Below are positions 52,354-61,733 of a stretch of DNA of 64,000 nucleotides, one piece after another. Source of the stretch: a virus; IMG/VR virus record IMGVR_UViG_3300017613_002395; one strand, written 5' to 3'. Both the position numbers and the translations under genes were made by a program. How positions within the stretch are numbered: position 1 is the first letter of the stretch; each line of letters opens with the position of its first letter. The notes beneath the pieces are model-generated. The model saw only the letters and a program-made list of their open reading frames with translations, had not been told where the DNA came from and did not search any database.

Positions 52354-53403
52354 ATGCGACAGGGTTTACAAATCCAGGGGTTGGCCGAGGAGTTGGAACG
52401 GCAAAGGAAGTCCAAACGGGACTACCTGATCGACACCCGGTCGATGCAGTTTGCCCTGGCGAATGACAGCGTCGTGCTGGCCGTCGATCTGCCGGGGGAT
52501 GGTGCCACCGAGATGCCGCTGCGCAAGACGGCGCATCGGCAATTTGGGTTGGCATTGGACATCCCAAAGAAGTACTACGATCGGATGGCAGATCAAGCCC
52601 CCGATCTGCTCGCCCTGAATCTCAACCATTGGCTGCGAGCGGCGCCGAAACGAAAGCTGCTACGGACAATGGATGGGGATGTGCGAGCACTTCTCAGTGA
52701 TCGATACCGCCCCCTCGACAACTACGATCTGGCGGCTGCCGTGCTGCCAAAGCTGGGCGAATTGGATGCCGAGGTGGTGAGCAGCGACATCACGGAGGAT
52801 TGGTTTTACCTGAAGGCGACAACGCCGAAGATCATCGGTGATGTGCAGGAGGGGGACACAATCCAGGCTGGGATTGTGGTGGCAAACAGCGAGGTGGGTG
52901 CCGGGGCCCTCAAGATCGAGGAGATGGATTATCGCCTGGTGTGTATCAATGGAATGATCCGGAGTGTGGCCGTCCGCAAAACCCACCTGGGCAGGGGAAA
53001 CGACCCCATGGACGGGGCCCGTGAGTTTTTCCGCGACGAGACCAGGCGGCTGGAAGACGCGGCATTCTGGAACAAGGTGGTCGACACGACGACATCCTTG
53101 TTTGATCAGGAGCGATTCGACCGGAGATTGCTGGAGTACAAGGATTCGATGGGCCGGGATTTGAGCAACCCCATCAAGGCGGTCGAGGCCGTGGCATCCA
53201 AGCTCGATTTCTCCGAGGGCGAGCAGGACAATGTCCTGAGCCACCTGATCCGAGGCGGTGACCTGACACAGTGGGGCCTGGCCAACGCAGTCACGCGAGC
53301 CTCGCAGGATGTCGAGGATTACAACCGGGCGACGGAAATGGAATCGGCCGGCGGGCAGATCATCGAGCTGCCCCCCGAGGATTGGGCTGGCGTATCCGCT
53401 TAA
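52354..53403 (+). CDS. DUF932-family protein
   Basis: AHRQFGLALDIPKKYYDRM...LNLNHWL...LLRTMDGDVRALLSDRYRPLDNYD...VVANSEVGAGALKIE. Confidence 0.7.
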   Translation: MRQGLQIQGLAEELERQRKSKRDYLIDTRSMQFALANDSVVLAVDLPGDGATEMPLRKTAHRQFGLALDIPKKYYDRMADQAPDLLALNLNHWLRAAPKRKLLRTMDGDVRALLSDRYRPLDNYDLAAAVLPKLGELDAEVVSSDITEDWFYLKATTPKIIGDVQEGDTIQAGIVVANSEVGAGALKIEEMDYRLVCINGMIRSVAVRKTHLGRGNDPMDGAREFFRDETRRLEDAAFWNKVVDTTTSLFDQERFDRRLLEYKDSMGRDLSNPIKAVEAVASKLDFSEGEQDNVLSHLIRGGDLTQWGLANAVTRASQDVEDYNRATEMESAGGQIIELPPEDWAGVSA

Positions 53404-53412
53404 GTTTTGGGG

Positions 53413-53446
53413 ATGGGGGTGGCCCTTTGGGGCTGCCCCCATTTTT
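53413..53446 (+). terminator. intrinsic terminator
   Basis: 13-bp stem atgggggtggccc/gggctgcccccat (two G-U pairs), 4-nt loop, then ttttt. Confidence 0.7.
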
Positions 53447-53457
53447 AGGAGAACGCA

Positions 53458-53988
53458 ATGATCACAAAAGCAGCCGAGCACGATACCGAGCATGACGCTG
53501 TCCTGGAAACATATCGTGATGTGGAAAACATGCTGCGGAAGATTTGCTGGAAGTACATGCGATGCCGCTACGAGGGTGGTGGCAGTTGCGAATTCCTCGA
53601 TCGCATGGGCACAGCCACCGAGATTTTTCTAAGGGCTTATTTGCGATGGGACCCGAAGCAGGGGAGTAGTTTCACCACCTACTTATATCGAGCCGTAGCA
53701 AATGGCCTGCAGAATGAATGCAAGAAGTGCTCCAAAAATAGGTGGATCTACCGAGACCCGAGCAAGTTGGAATGGGTCGCTGATTACCGGGGCCAGGATC
53801 GCTATGAGAATTTGTCGGATGATGCAAGAGCCGTGGTTTCGACGATCTTGGAATCTGGGGAGGAGTTGCGAGCCCTACTGGAAACGACAACCGACAAGCG
53901 TGGTATCATAAGAGCGTATCTGGCAGGGCAGGGCTGGATGATGGGCCGCATCACAGACGCCTTTGTGGAATTGCAGGCCGAGTTATGA
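53458..53988 (+). CDS. sigma-70/ECF-like sigma factor
   Basis: Region-2-like TEIFLRAYLRWDPKQGSSFTTYLYRAVANGLQNECKK, plus a C-terminal region-4-like helix. Confidence 0.55.
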   Translation: MITKAAEHDTEHDAVLETYRDVENMLRKICWKYMRCRYEGGGSCEFLDRMGTATEIFLRAYLRWDPKQGSSFTTYLYRAVANGLQNECKKCSKNRWIYRDPSKLEWVADYRGQDRYENLSDDARAVVSTILESGEELRALLETTTDKRGIIRAYLAGQGWMMGRITDAFVELQAEL

Positions 53989-54173
53989 TGGGAGTCAAGC
54001 TGGTTGTACGGCGGTTGGGCCGGTACTGGTGGATAACAGGAGATGAGGAGGATGGGCCCTACGGACCATTTGAGACGAAGAAAGAGGCCCTCGAAAGTAG
54101 GCGGGATCTGAATCGAACCATGAAGGATGTTGATTTCTCAGATTGTCATTGGCCTTGGGAGGATGAAAAATGA
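53985..54173 (+). CDS. hypothetical protein
   Basis: 62 aa. ATGA junction. Confidence 0.45.
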   Translation: MMGVKLVVRRLGRYWWITGDEEDGPYGPFETKKEALESRRDLNRTMKDVDFSDCHWPWEDEK

Positions 54174-54616
54174 TGTTGAGTAAAGTGTCCCAACAATCGA
54201 AACCATGTCCACGAGGGCAGCTGAACGCAACGTTTGAGCAGCTGTTTCATGCTGGGTGCATCCAAACGGGGGCGGACATACACAACGATTTTCAGATAGC
54301 TCATCATCAGTTTGCAGTGATGTTCGCCGGTTTGCTGGAGGTTACGGGGGGCAACATTTGCGATGGATGTCCGGCATATAGCCAAGGGAAGTGCAGGGCC
54401 TTCCAGCAGTACCACACAGGTGCGCCAAGATACAAAATCAGGACTGATGGCATTACTGGCGACTTGAAAGCCACGAGGCGAAAGCCTGCCCCATCGGATG
54501 CCTGTGTGGCACCTGGAACATCCACGCATCCCGGAATGTCGATCAAACAGATTGCTGAGGAGCTGGGCATTTCCAAGAACGAGGTTCGCAGACGGAAGTT
54601 GCGAGGGGAAATTTGA
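54170..54616 (+). CDS. Cys-rich protein with C-terminal HTH
   Basis: MSIKQIAEELGISKNEVRRRKL. Confidence 0.5.
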   Translation: MMLSKVSQQSKPCPRGQLNATFEQLFHAGCIQTGADIHNDFQIAHHQFAVMFAGLLEVTGGNICDGCPAYSQGKCRAFQQYHTGAPRYKIRTDGITGDLKATRRKPAPSDACVAPGTSTHPGMSIKQIAEELGISKNEVRRRKLRGEI

Positions 54617-54685
54617 ATGACCGAGTTGTTGATTTTGATCTTGGCGGTTTACATTGTTTCGTTGATGGATGACCTTCCCGTATAA
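54617..54685 (+). CDS. 22-aa hydrophobic peptide (MTELLILILAVYIVSLMDDLPV)
   Basis: Its ATG abuts the previous TGA. Very short, so speculative. Confidence 0.25.
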   Translation: MTELLILILAVYIVSLMDDLPV

Positions 54686-54699
54686 GAGAAGTGGAGGTT

Positions 54700-54953
54700 C
54701 TTTAAGAAAGGTGGTGACGCCTATGATTGTGTTGTAAGAGCTACTTGCTCAGAAGACCTCGATTTAATTACCTCTTGGTGCGTAGGAAGCACGGATAAGA
54801 CACAAACGGCGAAGAGCTGAAAGGAAGTGTAAAATGAATCGAGGCGGATGATGAAAGTCCGCCAAAACTCAGCTATCGACACGAGGTAGGAGGGGGCAGT
54901 GGCTGCGACGACAGGCTCACCAACACCTGGGGTTGCTGCCCTCTCCCCTTTTT
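54700..54953 (+). ncRNA. candidate structured non-coding RNA ending in a terminator
   Basis: ~290-nt gap with no credible ORF. Hairpins at 54843-48/54858-63 and 54889-99/54936-46 (11 bp), followed by a T5 run at 54949-53. Confidence 0.25.
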
Positions 54954-54971
54954 CAATCAGGAGATTTCCAG

Positions 54972-55382
54972 ATGAGTATTTACGCCCTACCATTCCCGAC
55001 CCGTGGCATCGACAAGATCAGCCGGAAGGAGATTGTAGAGATCTTCATGTTAGCTGCGAAGTCACAGCCTGGGTTCTACGATGAGCACGATGTGCCCATT
55101 GATCTTCGCTGGCCATACAAGCGGAGCAACAAAACGCCGATGGATGAAGCACGTTGCCTGTTTCTTCGATTGTGGCCCACTATTCCTAATGGTGTGAAGC
55201 TGTCCTTCTTACAAGTGCAGATGCAGCGGGGCATGGATTACATGTGGAAGTGCTTTGATGCTTTTGGAAGTGCTGGTTTTCCATTGGCATTTGACGAAGA
55301 GGACGATCCGTACTTGACAGTGGTTGACGCTGTGGCAGCAGTGCAAGATGCTATAAAAAGGCTGCAGGAGAGTGGATTGTGA
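54972..55382 (+). CDS. hypothetical protein
   Basis: ATG after CAGGAGA, inside ORF 54933..55382. Confidence 0.5.
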   Translation: MSIYALPFPTRGIDKISRKEIVEIFMLAAKSQPGFYDEHDVPIDLRWPYKRSNKTPMDEARCLFLRLWPTIPNGVKLSFLQVQMQRGMDYMWKCFDAFGSAGFPLAFDEEDDPYLTVVDAVAAVQDAIKRLQESGL

Positions 55383-55633
55383 AAGTACCACCAGTGACAT
55401 GGGCTGGCGTCAACATCTTGTTCCTGAAACGCAGCCGGGCTCTGCGGGAAGCCGATGGGTATGGTGAACTGGCTGCTTTGTACCCACCCGATCATCCACA
55501 CCACAAAGCCATGATCCGGAAGGTGCGGGATGTTCTTTTCGAATTCAATAGGTGGAGTCATCCGGAGTGGCCAGCCGATAGGTGTGTCCCGATCATCGTT
55601 GATGGCGGCAAGTCCAATCACTCAGGAGATTAG
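55379..55633 (+). CDS. hypothetical protein
   Basis: GTG start overlapping the previous stop. Confidence 0.4.
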   Translation: MKVPPVTWAGVNILFLKRSRALREADGYGELAALYPPDHPHHKAMIRKVRDVLFEFNRWSHPEWPADRCVPIIVDGGKSNHSGD

Positions 55634-55635
55634 TC

Positions 55636-55827
55636 ATGACAAAGTTAATGGGTCTTTTGCCCACACAAGATCACTGCTGCCGGGAGGTGGGGCTGGATGC
55701 AGCCGGCAAGCCCGTCCGATGCAATGGTCGGGGCTACGTCAGAATGGACGGCAAGCCGTTCTGCCGTCGTCATTTCGGGGAGATGCAGAAGGTGGTTGAG
55801 GTGCTTGTTAGAGGCAAAGGCAAATGA
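55636..55827 (+). CDS. small Cys/His-containing protein
   Basis: RBS AGGAGA. 63 aa. Confidence 0.45.
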   Translation: MTKLMGLLPTQDHCCREVGLDAAGKPVRCNGRGYVRMDGKPFCRRHFGEMQKVVEVLVRGKGK

Positions 55828-57230
55828 GGCCATTCTCATACCAGGATGAGTGCGTGTGTGAGGTCGAGCAATTTGGTGGCCGTGCTTTGCTGGCATGTGA
55901 TCCTGGGTTGGGCAAGACGGCCATGACTCTCTGGTGGTTGCTGAGGAACAACCAGGCATCATTTCCGGCTGTGGTTGTCTGTCCAGCATCGGTCAAATAC
56001 CATTGGGAAGAGCAGGTACGCAGGATATTGGAAATAGAGGCAACAACGGCTGAGGGCCGCATGCCATCAAGGAAGGTCCGTTTTGACATTCTGATAATCA
56101 ATTATGACATCTTATCCGGTTGGGTGGATTACATCCGAGAGGCCGGTGTTCAAACTGTTGTTCTTGATGAGATTCAGTACGTTGCCAACCGCACAAAACG
56201 GACAAAGGCTGCCCAGGCAATTGTGAAGGGAACACCCCATGTCATCGGTCTAAGTGGGACGCCCCTTGTCAACAGGCCTATTGAGTTGTTTAACGGCCTG
56301 CAAATGATCCGACCATCCATATTCCGCAGTCGGCTAAAATACGCCGAGAGGTATTGTGGGCCGAGGTGGACGCCTTGGGGTGTAAAGTATTCGGGGGCTA
56401 CCCATACCGAAGAGCTGCACCGATTGCTGCTTGATAGCTGTATGGTGAGGAGACGCAAGACCGAGGTGCTGCCAGATCTACCTGACAAAATTCGACGGGT
56501 GATAACTCTTCCGATGGATCATGCTGCCGAATACGATCGGGCAAACGAAGACTTTCTGAATTGGTTGGCAGAGAAGGATGTCAAGAAGGCCAACAAAGCT
56601 GCCAGAGCTGAGGGCCTGACAAAAACGGGGTATCTGCTGCGGTTGGCTGCCCGTCTCAAGCTGCGAAATGCCGTGGAATGGATCAATACCTTTCTCCAGG
56701 ACACAGACGAGCAATTGGTGGTCTATTGTGTGCACCGGGCGGCAGCTCGGGCATTGGAGCGGAGGTGCAAGGCCACCTCGGTCGTGGTTGATGGCTCGCT
56801 GACCGGCCGGCGGAGACAGCATGCTGTGGATAGTTTCCAAGGGGGCGCATTGCGGCTGCTGATTGGGAATATCAGAGCTGCGGGGGTGGGCATAACGCTA
56901 ACAGCCAGCTCAAATGTAGTGTTTGTCGAGTTGCCATGGCAGCCGGGGGTGGTGGTGCAGGCTGAGGATCGCATTCACCGGATTGGCACCAAGCAGGAGG
57001 CATGGTGCTGGTATTTGGTGGCCGGGGGATCAATAGAGGAGAAGCTGTGTGGCATTTTGCAATCGAAACAGCAAGTGCTTTCCTCGGTGTTGGATGGGCA
57101 CCCCCTACAGGGTGATCTAGATATCTACAACCAATTGATGCGATCCATGGCTGTTCACACACCCAAAACGGGCCGTCTGGGGCCACAGGAGGGCACAGGG
57201 CAGTCTTTCAGGCAGGGCTTGGTGTCCTAA
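55824..57230 (+). CDS. SNF2-family helicase/ATPase
   Basis: DPGLGKT (motif I), LDEIQY (DExx), GTPLVNRP, QAEDRIHRIGTKQ (motif VI). Confidence 0.85.
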   Translation: MRPFSYQDECVCEVEQFGGRALLACDPGLGKTAMTLWWLLRNNQASFPAVVVCPASVKYHWEEQVRRILEIEATTAEGRMPSRKVRFDILIINYDILSGWVDYIREAGVQTVVLDEIQYVANRTKRTKAAQAIVKGTPHVIGLSGTPLVNRPIELFNGLQMIRPSIFRSRLKYAERYCGPRWTPWGVKYSGATHTEELHRLLLDSCMVRRRKTEVLPDLPDKIRRVITLPMDHAAEYDRANEDFLNWLAEKDVKKANKAARAEGLTKTGYLLRLAARLKLRNAVEWINTFLQDTDEQLVVYCVHRAAARALERRCKATSVVVDGSLTGRRRQHAVDSFQGGALRLLIGNIRAAGVGITLTASSNVVFVELPWQPGVVVQAEDRIHRIGTKQEAWCWYLVAGGSIEEKLCGILQSKQQVLSSVLDGHPLQGDLDIYNQLMRSMAVHTPKTGRLGPQEGTGQSFRQGLVS

Positions 57231-57324
57231 GCCCCTGGGGCATGCGGGGGCTCATACGCGATTTGCGGGGCCCAGGGGGATGGCAAAATTACCAGATTCC
57301 AGTCGGTTTTTGGCCTTTATGCTG

Positions 57325-57392
57325 TTGACTTTATAGCGTCAGACGCTATAATAGTAGTAGATGAAGAAAGGGAACCACGAAAGGAGAAAAAG
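57325..57392 (+). promoter_or_regulatory. early promoter-operator-leader cassette P4
   Basis: TTGACT (57325-30), TATAAT (57347-52), perfect 21-bp palindrome at 57331-51, AUG at 57361. Confidence 0.75.
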
Positions 57393-57650
57393 ATGGACGC
57401 CCGCGAATTGGTAGCCTTCATGGAAAAAGCCACCTCCGACCTGGAGGAATTGGTAGGCTTCCTCAAGGATGAGGTAGAAGGAACGGCCCAGCAGGTCGGG
57501 ACCGCCAGGAAGTTCGGGCTGGGCCCAAACATTCTGGCCCCCGAATTGGCAGAGAAAAACGTGCTTCCCAGGATCGAAGCACTTCGCCGGCTGGTGAATA
57601 GGTACAAAAGCAGCCTGGAGAACGGGATCAAGAAGGGAAGGGAGAGCTGA
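57393..57650 (+). CDS. hypothetical helical protein
   Basis: 85 aa, downstream of P4. Confidence 0.55.
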   Translation: MDARELVAFMEKATSDLEELVGFLKDEVEGTAQQVGTARKFGLGPNILAPELAEKNVLPRIEALRRLVNRYKSSLENGIKKGRES

Positions 57651-57651
57651 A

Positions 57652-57975
57652 ATGACAAATACAGATGTGAAGATTGGCGACTTCGAGATTGTTGACCACG
57701 GAATCATGTATTCCGACTACTTCCAGGGCTGCGGGGTAGCATATACCGACTTCAGCCAGGTGGTAACCGGGATCGGCAACAGCCCGGCTGAGGCTGGCCA
57801 GGATTGCCTGGAGCAGATCGCCTCGATGGGCTACGATGCCGACGATTTGGAGGCCCAGATCGTGGCCGATCGGGGTGGGCATTGGCTGCCGACCGAGCCC
57901 AGTGTTTTGGGGGTTGTTGGCGAGGACGCTCACGATTGTTACTACTACGTTAGCATTCGATTTCGGGAGGGGTGA
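57652..57975 (+). CDS. hypothetical protein
   Basis: 107 aa. Confidence 0.5.
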   Translation: MTNTDVKIGDFEIVDHGIMYSDYFQGCGVAYTDFSQVVTGIGNSPAEAGQDCLEQIASMGYDADDLEAQIVADRGGHWLPTEPSVLGVVGEDAHDCYYYVSIRFREG

Positions 57976-57978
57976 ATA

Positions 57979-58290
57979 ATGGGGACTGAGCAATCAGGGA
58001 ATATTGAAAAGCCTTTTGACCTCGACTCAGAAATTGGCGTAATGATTGGCTGTGCCATGGGCCACGGTTGCATCGGCACCAGGATACTTTGGGGCCGCGT
58101 TGAGCAGCTCACAACCAAGGCCGTTCGGTTGTCGACCGACTATGGTCCAATATGGTTCCCCTGCAAGTCACTACGGCCGATGCAAACTAACGGCATTTAC
58201 CTGCTAGCCCGATGGTTCCGGCCGAACGACTACCAATCACGAATCTTCGATCGGGTTGATGGCAACGTGGTATCAGCCAAACAAGACTAG
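57979..58290 (+). CDS. hypothetical protein
   Basis: 103 aa. Confidence 0.5.
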   Translation: MGTEQSGNIEKPFDLDSEIGVMIGCAMGHGCIGTRILWGRVEQLTTKAVRLSTDYGPIWFPCKSLRPMQTNGIYLLARWFRPNDYQSRIFDRVDGNVVSAKQD

Positions 58291-58353
58291 TTTTGGAACA
58301 GCTGGGCCTTATTGTTGGGGTGTGAATGCCCCACCCACCAAAGGAGAACCCAG

Positions 58354-59052
58354 ATGAAAACCCTACACCACAATCTCGGACAGGATCAGGTCTGCAAGTG
58401 GACCAAGGATGAGCTTCTGGAGGGGCTCGCAAACACGAAACACGGGGGATATGCCCGCAAACAGATGTCGAAACAGGCATTGCTGGACATGGCTATGGAT
58501 GTGCTGGCTGAGAGGAAGAAGAGACACGAGGCCGAGGAAAAGGCCAAGGCGGATCAACGCATGGTCGAATTGGCTCGGGAGTGGGCTGACAAGAGGGTGC
58601 AGCAACTGGTCCGTGAGACCTATATTGCCGTGCTAAGGCATTACAGATCGCGCCGAGCCGTCATCCGCAAGTTCAGGAAGGAGTTGAGCAGCTGTCACAT
58701 CATGGGCTGTGGTCATGTCATGGCCTGGAGCGGTGAGGGGTTGTTTGATGCGGTTGAGGTTGGTCGTGAGATTCGAGTGATGCTCAAGTATGTTTTCAAG
58801 CAGGCCATACACCAGACCGACACCACGGCCGAAATGATCGGGCTGATTGAGGAGAGCACCCTTTCGTTTCTGCGTGACATCACAGAGTACGACGACTACA
58901 GACACAACAGCACCTCGACCATGCACAATATCGAAAACACCAGTCGGTTTCGTGCAAAGCAGTATATGTACAGATTGGGAAACGAATTGGTCAAAGCCAT
59001 GAAACGGTCGCTGGCTAAGGATGAGCCTTTGTACCTGGGAACTTGCATGTGA
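58354..59052 (+). CDS. hypothetical protein
   Basis: ATG after AAGGAGAACCCAG, inside ORF 58312..59052. Confidence 0.5.
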   Translation: MKTLHHNLGQDQVCKWTKDELLEGLANTKHGGYARKQMSKQALLDMAMDVLAERKKRHEAEEKAKADQRMVELAREWADKRVQQLVRETYIAVLRHYRSRRAVIRKFRKELSSCHIMGCGHVMAWSGEGLFDAVEVGREIRVMLKYVFKQAIHQTDTTAEMIGLIEESTLSFLRDITEYDDYRHNSTSTMHNIENTSRFRAKQYMYRLGNELVKAMKRSLAKDEPLYLGTCM

Positions 59053-59101
59053 ATAGTGGAAACCCATTTCCGTTTATGACTACGATTAGGAGCTTGATCC
59101 G

Positions 59102-59458
59102 ATGAAATTTGAAACGCCTGTCTTGACGTTGGGTGGGGGTATTTACGAGGGGAGGGGTGGAGTGGCCCCTGTGTGTGGGGACTTCATTATTGATTTCTTC
59201 GAGCAATGCCCGGAGAGGATCGTGTTGGTGTTCTCGAACCGTCCCAGTAAGGATGCCTTGGAAATCAGCATCCGACCCTTCCAGGGAATAAACCAAACCA
59301 CTTATTTTGAATGGAGGCCGGAAGAGCTGTTAGCATATAGGGGTGCTTGGGATGGCACATACATAGATTTTGACGATTGGCTTCGTAAACAACCCGTTGA
59401 CTGGAAACCAGACAAGATCAGAACATTCCATGTGTCCGTCTACGAGGTCGTACAATGA
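59102..59458 (+). CDS. hypothetical protein
   Basis: 118 aa. Confidence 0.5.
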   Translation: MKFETPVLTLGGGIYEGRGGVAPVCGDFIIDFFEQCPERIVLVFSNRPSKDALEISIRPFQGINQTTYFEWRPEELLAYRGAWDGTYIDFDDWLRKQPVDWKPDKIRTFHVSVYEVVQ

Positions 59459-59925
59459 GTGTGGATTACAGAGATCTCCGAAAAGCTGCCCGTTTGGTGT
59501 TTGTGCTGGAGGGTGGAGATCATGGGCCGAAGCACTGGCATCGGGTGGAACGAAACGGAGTTAGGATTGCCAAAATGGACGGCCGTGTGGATGTGGTTGT
59601 CGTGCGGTTGTTTGCGATTCTGCACGACTGCAAGCGTCAGGGTGAACTGTCTGATCCAGACCACGGCCGGCGGGCCGCCGATTTCGCTTGCGAGTTGTTC
59701 CAATTCATGCACTTACCAATCGATGAGCTTCGATTTCAGAAACTCCACTACGCGCTCGCCATGCACAACGAGGCTCTGGTAACAGAAGACCCTACAATAG
59801 GGGCCTGTTGGGATGCCGACCGACTTGATCTGCCTCGGGTCGGCATCGTGCCAGATCCTGAATTGCTGTCCACCGATGCAGCCAAACGGTTATTACAGCA
59901 GGTTGTTGAGGGCAGAGAACCATGA
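59455..59925 (+). CDS. HD-domain phosphohydrolase-like protein
   Basis: HWHRVERNG...LFAILHDCKR...DPDHGRRAA. Confidence 0.5.
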   Translation: MSVDYRDLRKAARLVFVLEGGDHGPKHWHRVERNGVRIAKMDGRVDVVVVRLFAILHDCKRQGELSDPDHGRRAADFACELFQFMHLPIDELRFQKLHYALAMHNEALVTEDPTIGACWDADRLDLPRVGIVPDPELLSTDAAKRLLQQVVEGREP

Positions 59926-60272
59926 GGGTGCAAAACATGACAGAACGGGATCAAATGGGTCCGCCAGAATCAGGTTGTATTGATCTCAGACCTGATGGCT
60001 GGCCAAAGCCACAAGGCCAACGACGCCTGGGATTGCAGCCACCAAGCTGGGTATGTCCAAGGTGTGGATGCACAGATGTGAGAAAGAGACGCCGCCGGAA
60101 TGGGTGCTTGTGCATTGACTGTATAAGCAGAGTAGCTGAAAGGATGCAGATCGGTGATTGGATCGACCAGGTTTTGCTGGCAGAAGAGGGCCGGCGGGTT
60201 GAATGCGTCGTCCATCGGCCCAATCTTCGCCCACCTACATTTTGCGTGGATAATCAAAGAGGTGGGCAATGA
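59922..60272 (+). CDS. zinc-ribbon protein
   Basis: CPRCGCTD...CLCIDC. Confidence 0.4.
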   Translation: MRVQNMTERDQMGPPESGCIDLRPDGWPKPQGQRRLGLQPPSWVCPRCGCTDVRKRRRRNGCLCIDCISRVAERMQIGDWIDQVLLAEEGRRVECVVHRPNLRPPTFCVDNQRGGQ

Positions 60273-61171
60273 CAATTGAAGAGCTGCTCAAGGAACTGAA
60301 CATCCCCTGCCGAGAAGGCGGGACACATCGGCACGTCCGCCATGGGTGGGTCGGTTTGCAGTGCCCCTGGTGTGGGACGTCGAGTTGGCATCTCGGCATC
60401 CGCCTCAGCGACGGGTTCTGCACCTGCTGGAGATGTGGCAGCCACCGATTGGGTGATGTGGTGATGGAGATCACGGGAAGGGGGTGGCCTGATGTCAAGA
60501 AGCTGATACAAAGCGTGGAATCAGGCCATCTGGGGCCACAGGATGGCCCACGTCGGGACCAATCAGCCGGCAGGATAACCTTGCCCAGTGGCCTGATGCA
60601 GGGCTTAGGGGGGCCACACAGGCGGTATTTGGCCGCCAGGGGGTTTGATCCGAATGAAATAGCATCTGTATGGGGGGTGCGGGGCATTGGATTGGCAGCC
60701 CGGATGGCCTGGCGGTTGTGGATTCCGATAACGGTTCGGGGCAGCGTTGTGAGCTGGACCACAAGAACAATAGGCAGTGCCCAACCCCGGTACATTTCAG
60801 CCAGCCCCGAGCAGGAGGCACTGTCGCACCGAGATGTTTTGTATGGCGCTGACTTGGCATACCATACGGCTGTGGTCTGTGAGGGGCCAATTGATGCATG
60901 GGCAATCGGTCCTGGGGGTGTGGCCGTGTTTGGTCTGATGTACAGCAGGGCCCAGGTGCTCGAAATTGCGTCGTACCCACGGCGGATTGTCTGCCTGGAC
61001 GCTACAGAGGATGGACAAGCACGAGCCGCTAAGTTGGTGGGGGATTTGCGTGGATTCGATGGTGAGACTTTCAACCTGTGCTTGGAGACCGGGAAAGATC
61101 CGGCCGAGGCTGATGCAGAGGAAATCAACCAGTTGAGAAACGACTTTTTGTGTGAAGGGAGAAAGACATGA
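60269..61171 (+). CDS. DNA primase (zinc finger plus Toprim)
   Basis: CPWCGTSSWHLG...CTCWRCG. Toprim motifs VVCEGPIDAWAI and IVCLDATEDGQ. Confidence 0.6.
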   Translation: MTIEELLKELNIPCREGGTHRHVRHGWVGLQCPWCGTSSWHLGIRLSDGFCTCWRCGSHRLGDVVMEITGRGWPDVKKLIQSVESGHLGPQDGPRRDQSAGRITLPSGLMQGLGGPHRRYLAARGFDPNEIASVWGVRGIGLAARMAWRLWIPITVRGSVVSWTTRTIGSAQPRYISASPEQEALSHRDVLYGADLAYHTAVVCEGPIDAWAIGPGGVAVFGLMYSRAQVLEIASYPRRIVCLDATEDGQARAAKLVGDLRGFDGETFNLCLETGKDPAEADAEEINQLRNDFLCEGRKT

Positions 61172-61554
61172 ATACGGCAGCAGCACGACCCAACGTATCC
61201 TTGGGGCGGGTGGGAGTAACAGGCAAGGAGAGCAAGCTGCTTAATGCAGCAGAGCACCTGAAACTCATGGTTTTGATTTTGAGTGGCTTACTGGCATGTG
61301 ATGTTTTTTGGGGATTTCTAATCACCTTCGGACCTGCGGATTTGTTTCAACCGCAAACAACCCTGGTGCTGATGTCCGTTGTTTGGGGGGTGAATGCTTT
61401 AGCTGGCAGCATCACGACCTTGTTTATTTTGATGCTGTTGGCCCATGCAGCCGGGGTGGTTGTGCAGATTGCAACCACGCTGAGAAAGGCCGAAATGGAG
61501 AACCAAAAGTTGCGGCTGCATAACACCCTGTCAGAAAACCGAAAACTGGCCTAG
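61168..61554 (+). CDS. membrane protein
   Basis: Three hydrophobic segments. ATGA junction. Confidence 0.45.
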   Translation: MNTAAARPNVSLGRVGVTGKESKLLNAAEHLKLMVLILSGLLACDVFWGFLITFGPADLFQPQTTLVLMSVVWGVNALAGSITTLFILMLLAHAAGVVVQIATTLRKAEMENQKLRLHNTLSENRKLA

Positions 61555-61676
61555 CTTGCTAGTTGGAAAGTTGGTATCATAAGGCGGAATACCAAACACA
61601 AAACAAAGGGCCGAGGGCATTCGGTTGATGGGCATAGCATATGATACAATCACGACTTTGTGTGTTGTGCCTAAAG

Positions 61677-61710
61677 ACCGGCCCCAAATGCCAAACAGGG
61701 CCGGTTTTTT
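61677..61710 (+). terminator. intrinsic terminator
   Basis: accggccc-(13-nt loop)-gggccggt followed by tttttt. Confidence 0.6.
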
Positions 61711-61733
61711 AATGGCCTTGTCCTGGTGAGAAC

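Noticed and set aside
54700-54960. Possible tRNA, tmRNA or RNase-P-like RNA (gaaagtccgcc resembles the RNase P GAAAGUCCGG element).
   Set aside because: No acceptor, T-arm or anticodon geometry could be drawn. The resemblance to RNase P is limited to ~8 nt. It is kept only as a generic candidate structured RNA.
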